A stretch of DNA of 64,000 bases from an uncultured Acidobacteriaceae bacterium. Lineage in GTDB: Bacteria > Acidobacteriota > Terriglobia > Terriglobales > Acidobacteriaceae. Both the position numbers and the translations under genes were made by a program. The stretch spans positions 4,497 through 68,496 of the forward strand of contig CAWDBN010000013.1 of NCBI GenBank assembly GCA_963800575.1. The letters are read 5' to 3'. Positions 63,124 through 64,000 of the stretch are shown one piece after another; the stretch's first letter is position 1; each line of letters opens with the position of its first letter. The notes beneath the pieces are model-generated. The model saw only the letters and a list, made by a program, of their open reading frames with translations. It did not search any database and was not told the origin of the DNA.

Positions 63124-64000
63124 ATGAAACTCCGCACCGCTCATTGGGTAGTTGCGACGTTGTCGCTGGCTTTGTCCCCGATTCCACTTACCGTGGCCCA
63201 GACGCCGGCTCAAACCACATCCGCCCTGCCGCGCCTGGTCCGCTTCGCCAGCACGGCCAAAGATCTCAACGGCAATCCTCTAACCGGCGTGGTCGGCATC
63301 ACCTTCGCTTTCTACTCCGAGCAGACCGGTGGCGCTCCACTCTGGCTGGAAACACAAAACGTAGCCGCCGACAGCAACGGCCACTACACAGCTTTACTGG
63401 GATCAACCAAGCCCGAAGGGCTTCCCGCGGATCTGTTCACTTCCGAACAAGCCCGCTGGGTGGGAGTACAAGTCTCGGGGCAGGCTGAGCAGCCGCGTGT
63501 GCTGCTGGTCAGCGCTCCGTATGCATTGAAGGCCGGGGATGCGGAAACCTTGGGGGGACTTCCGCCCTCGGCCTTCGTGCTGGCCGCTCCAGCGCTCATC
63601 GGCTCGTCTGCGTCGAGCAGCACAACCGAGACGGTTACGCCGCTAACGGCCACCGACGTGACCACCACCGGCGGTACCCTGAACTATCTGCCGATCTTCA
63701 GCGGAGCCGACACCATCATCGATTCAGCAGTGTTTCAGACCGGCAGCGGAACCACAGCCAAGCTAGGCATCGACACCACCACGCCAGCCACTCAACTCGA
63801 CGTCAACGGAGCCGGCACCATCCGCGGCACGCTGACCTTGCCCGCCATCGGCGCGGCCACCGCCACAGGAGGCAAGAACTCGCAAGGTCTGAATCTGGTG
63901 GCATCGTCATTCAACAGCTCCAGCAGCACGGCGCTGAGCCAGATCTTCCGCTGGCAGGCGGAGCCCACGGCCAACGACACGACCACCCCCTTGGGAACGC
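63124..64000 (+). CDS. Secreted repeat-rich protein, 5' partial (continues beyond the window); tail-fibre/adhesin-like N-terminus
   Basis: It is not in the supplied ORF track because there is no stop in the window. ATG 63124 is preceded by AAAGGAG with an 8-nt spacer, and the frame stays open for 292 codons. It has the signal peptide MKLRTAHWVVATLSLALSPIPLTVAQ, then PLWLETQNV..DSNGHYTALLG and SAPYALKAGDAETLGG, followed by T/S/G-rich beta-like repeats. Confidence 0.7.
   Translation, partial: MKLRTAHWVVATLSLALSPIPLTVAQTPAQTTSALPRLVRFASTAKDLNGNPLTGVVGITFAFYSEQTGGAPLWLETQNVAADSNGHYTALLGSTKPEGLPADLFTSEQARWVGVQVSGQAEQPRVLLVSAPYALKAGDAETLGGLPPSAFVLAAPALIGSSASSSTTETVTPLTATDVTTTGGTLNYLPIFSGADTIIDSAVFQTGSGTTAKLGIDTTTPATQLDVNGAGTIRGTLTLPAIGAATATGGKNSQGLNLVASSFNSSSSTALSQIFRWQAEPTANDTTTPLGT

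Noticed and set aside
62780-63187. A 135-aa minus-strand ORF overlapping the start of the secreted-protein gene at 63124.
   Set aside because: The N-terminal two-thirds are unprotein-like and overlap a well-supported RBS plus signal-peptide gene start on the other strand. Only its hydrophobic C-terminal tail is retained, as a low-interest observation.

Overview
The window is high-GC bacterial chromosome, about 58-60% by eye. The gene content and two dispersed repeat families suggest Acidobacteriota, but that assignment is an inference and was not verified. Coding density is high, and many long ORFs in the supplied track are antisense or out-of-frame artefacts of GC-rich DNA.

Recognisable housekeeping and catabolic genes:
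- a sensor-fused otsA
- uxaC-exuT
- galK-galT with a GH27 alpha-galactosidase
- glnB-glnD
- hemE-hemY
- recQ
- gyrA
- ctaB

The most interesting region is a nine-gene, same-strand operon at 29085-37109.
- It encodes a signal-peptide protein with one CXXCH motif and a large beta-rich body (Cyc2/Cyt572-like porin-cytochrome architecture), then a dihaem cytochrome c, then a cupredoxin with an amicyanin-type ligand loop.
- These are directly followed by a complete aa3-type haem-copper oxidase.
- The parts list and gene order closely parallel the Acidithiobacillus ferrooxidans rus operon, the Fe(II)-oxidation chain running from the outer membrane to the oxidase.

Other notable items:
- a two-gene BCR/HAD-family radical enzyme with a fused double activase (PlsA/PlsR-like architecture)
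- a haem c-fused copper monooxygenase-like protein
- a 54-aa Flp pilin next to a PilZ gene, hidden inside a longer spurious ORF
- an apparent +1 frameshift in gyrA at an A4 run, plus a hairpin-rich in-frame insertion of about 45 aa in its C-terminal domain
- a second A4-associated frame break in a hypothetical gene
- two dispersed REP-like repeat families concentrated in the right third of the window
- a low-GC orphan ORC/Cdc6-like ATPase directly after gyrA
- a 5' partial secreted-protein gene at the right edge that is absent from the ORF track

I saw no rRNA, tRNA, CRISPR array or transposase. All homology statements rest on motif recognition by eye, not on database searches.
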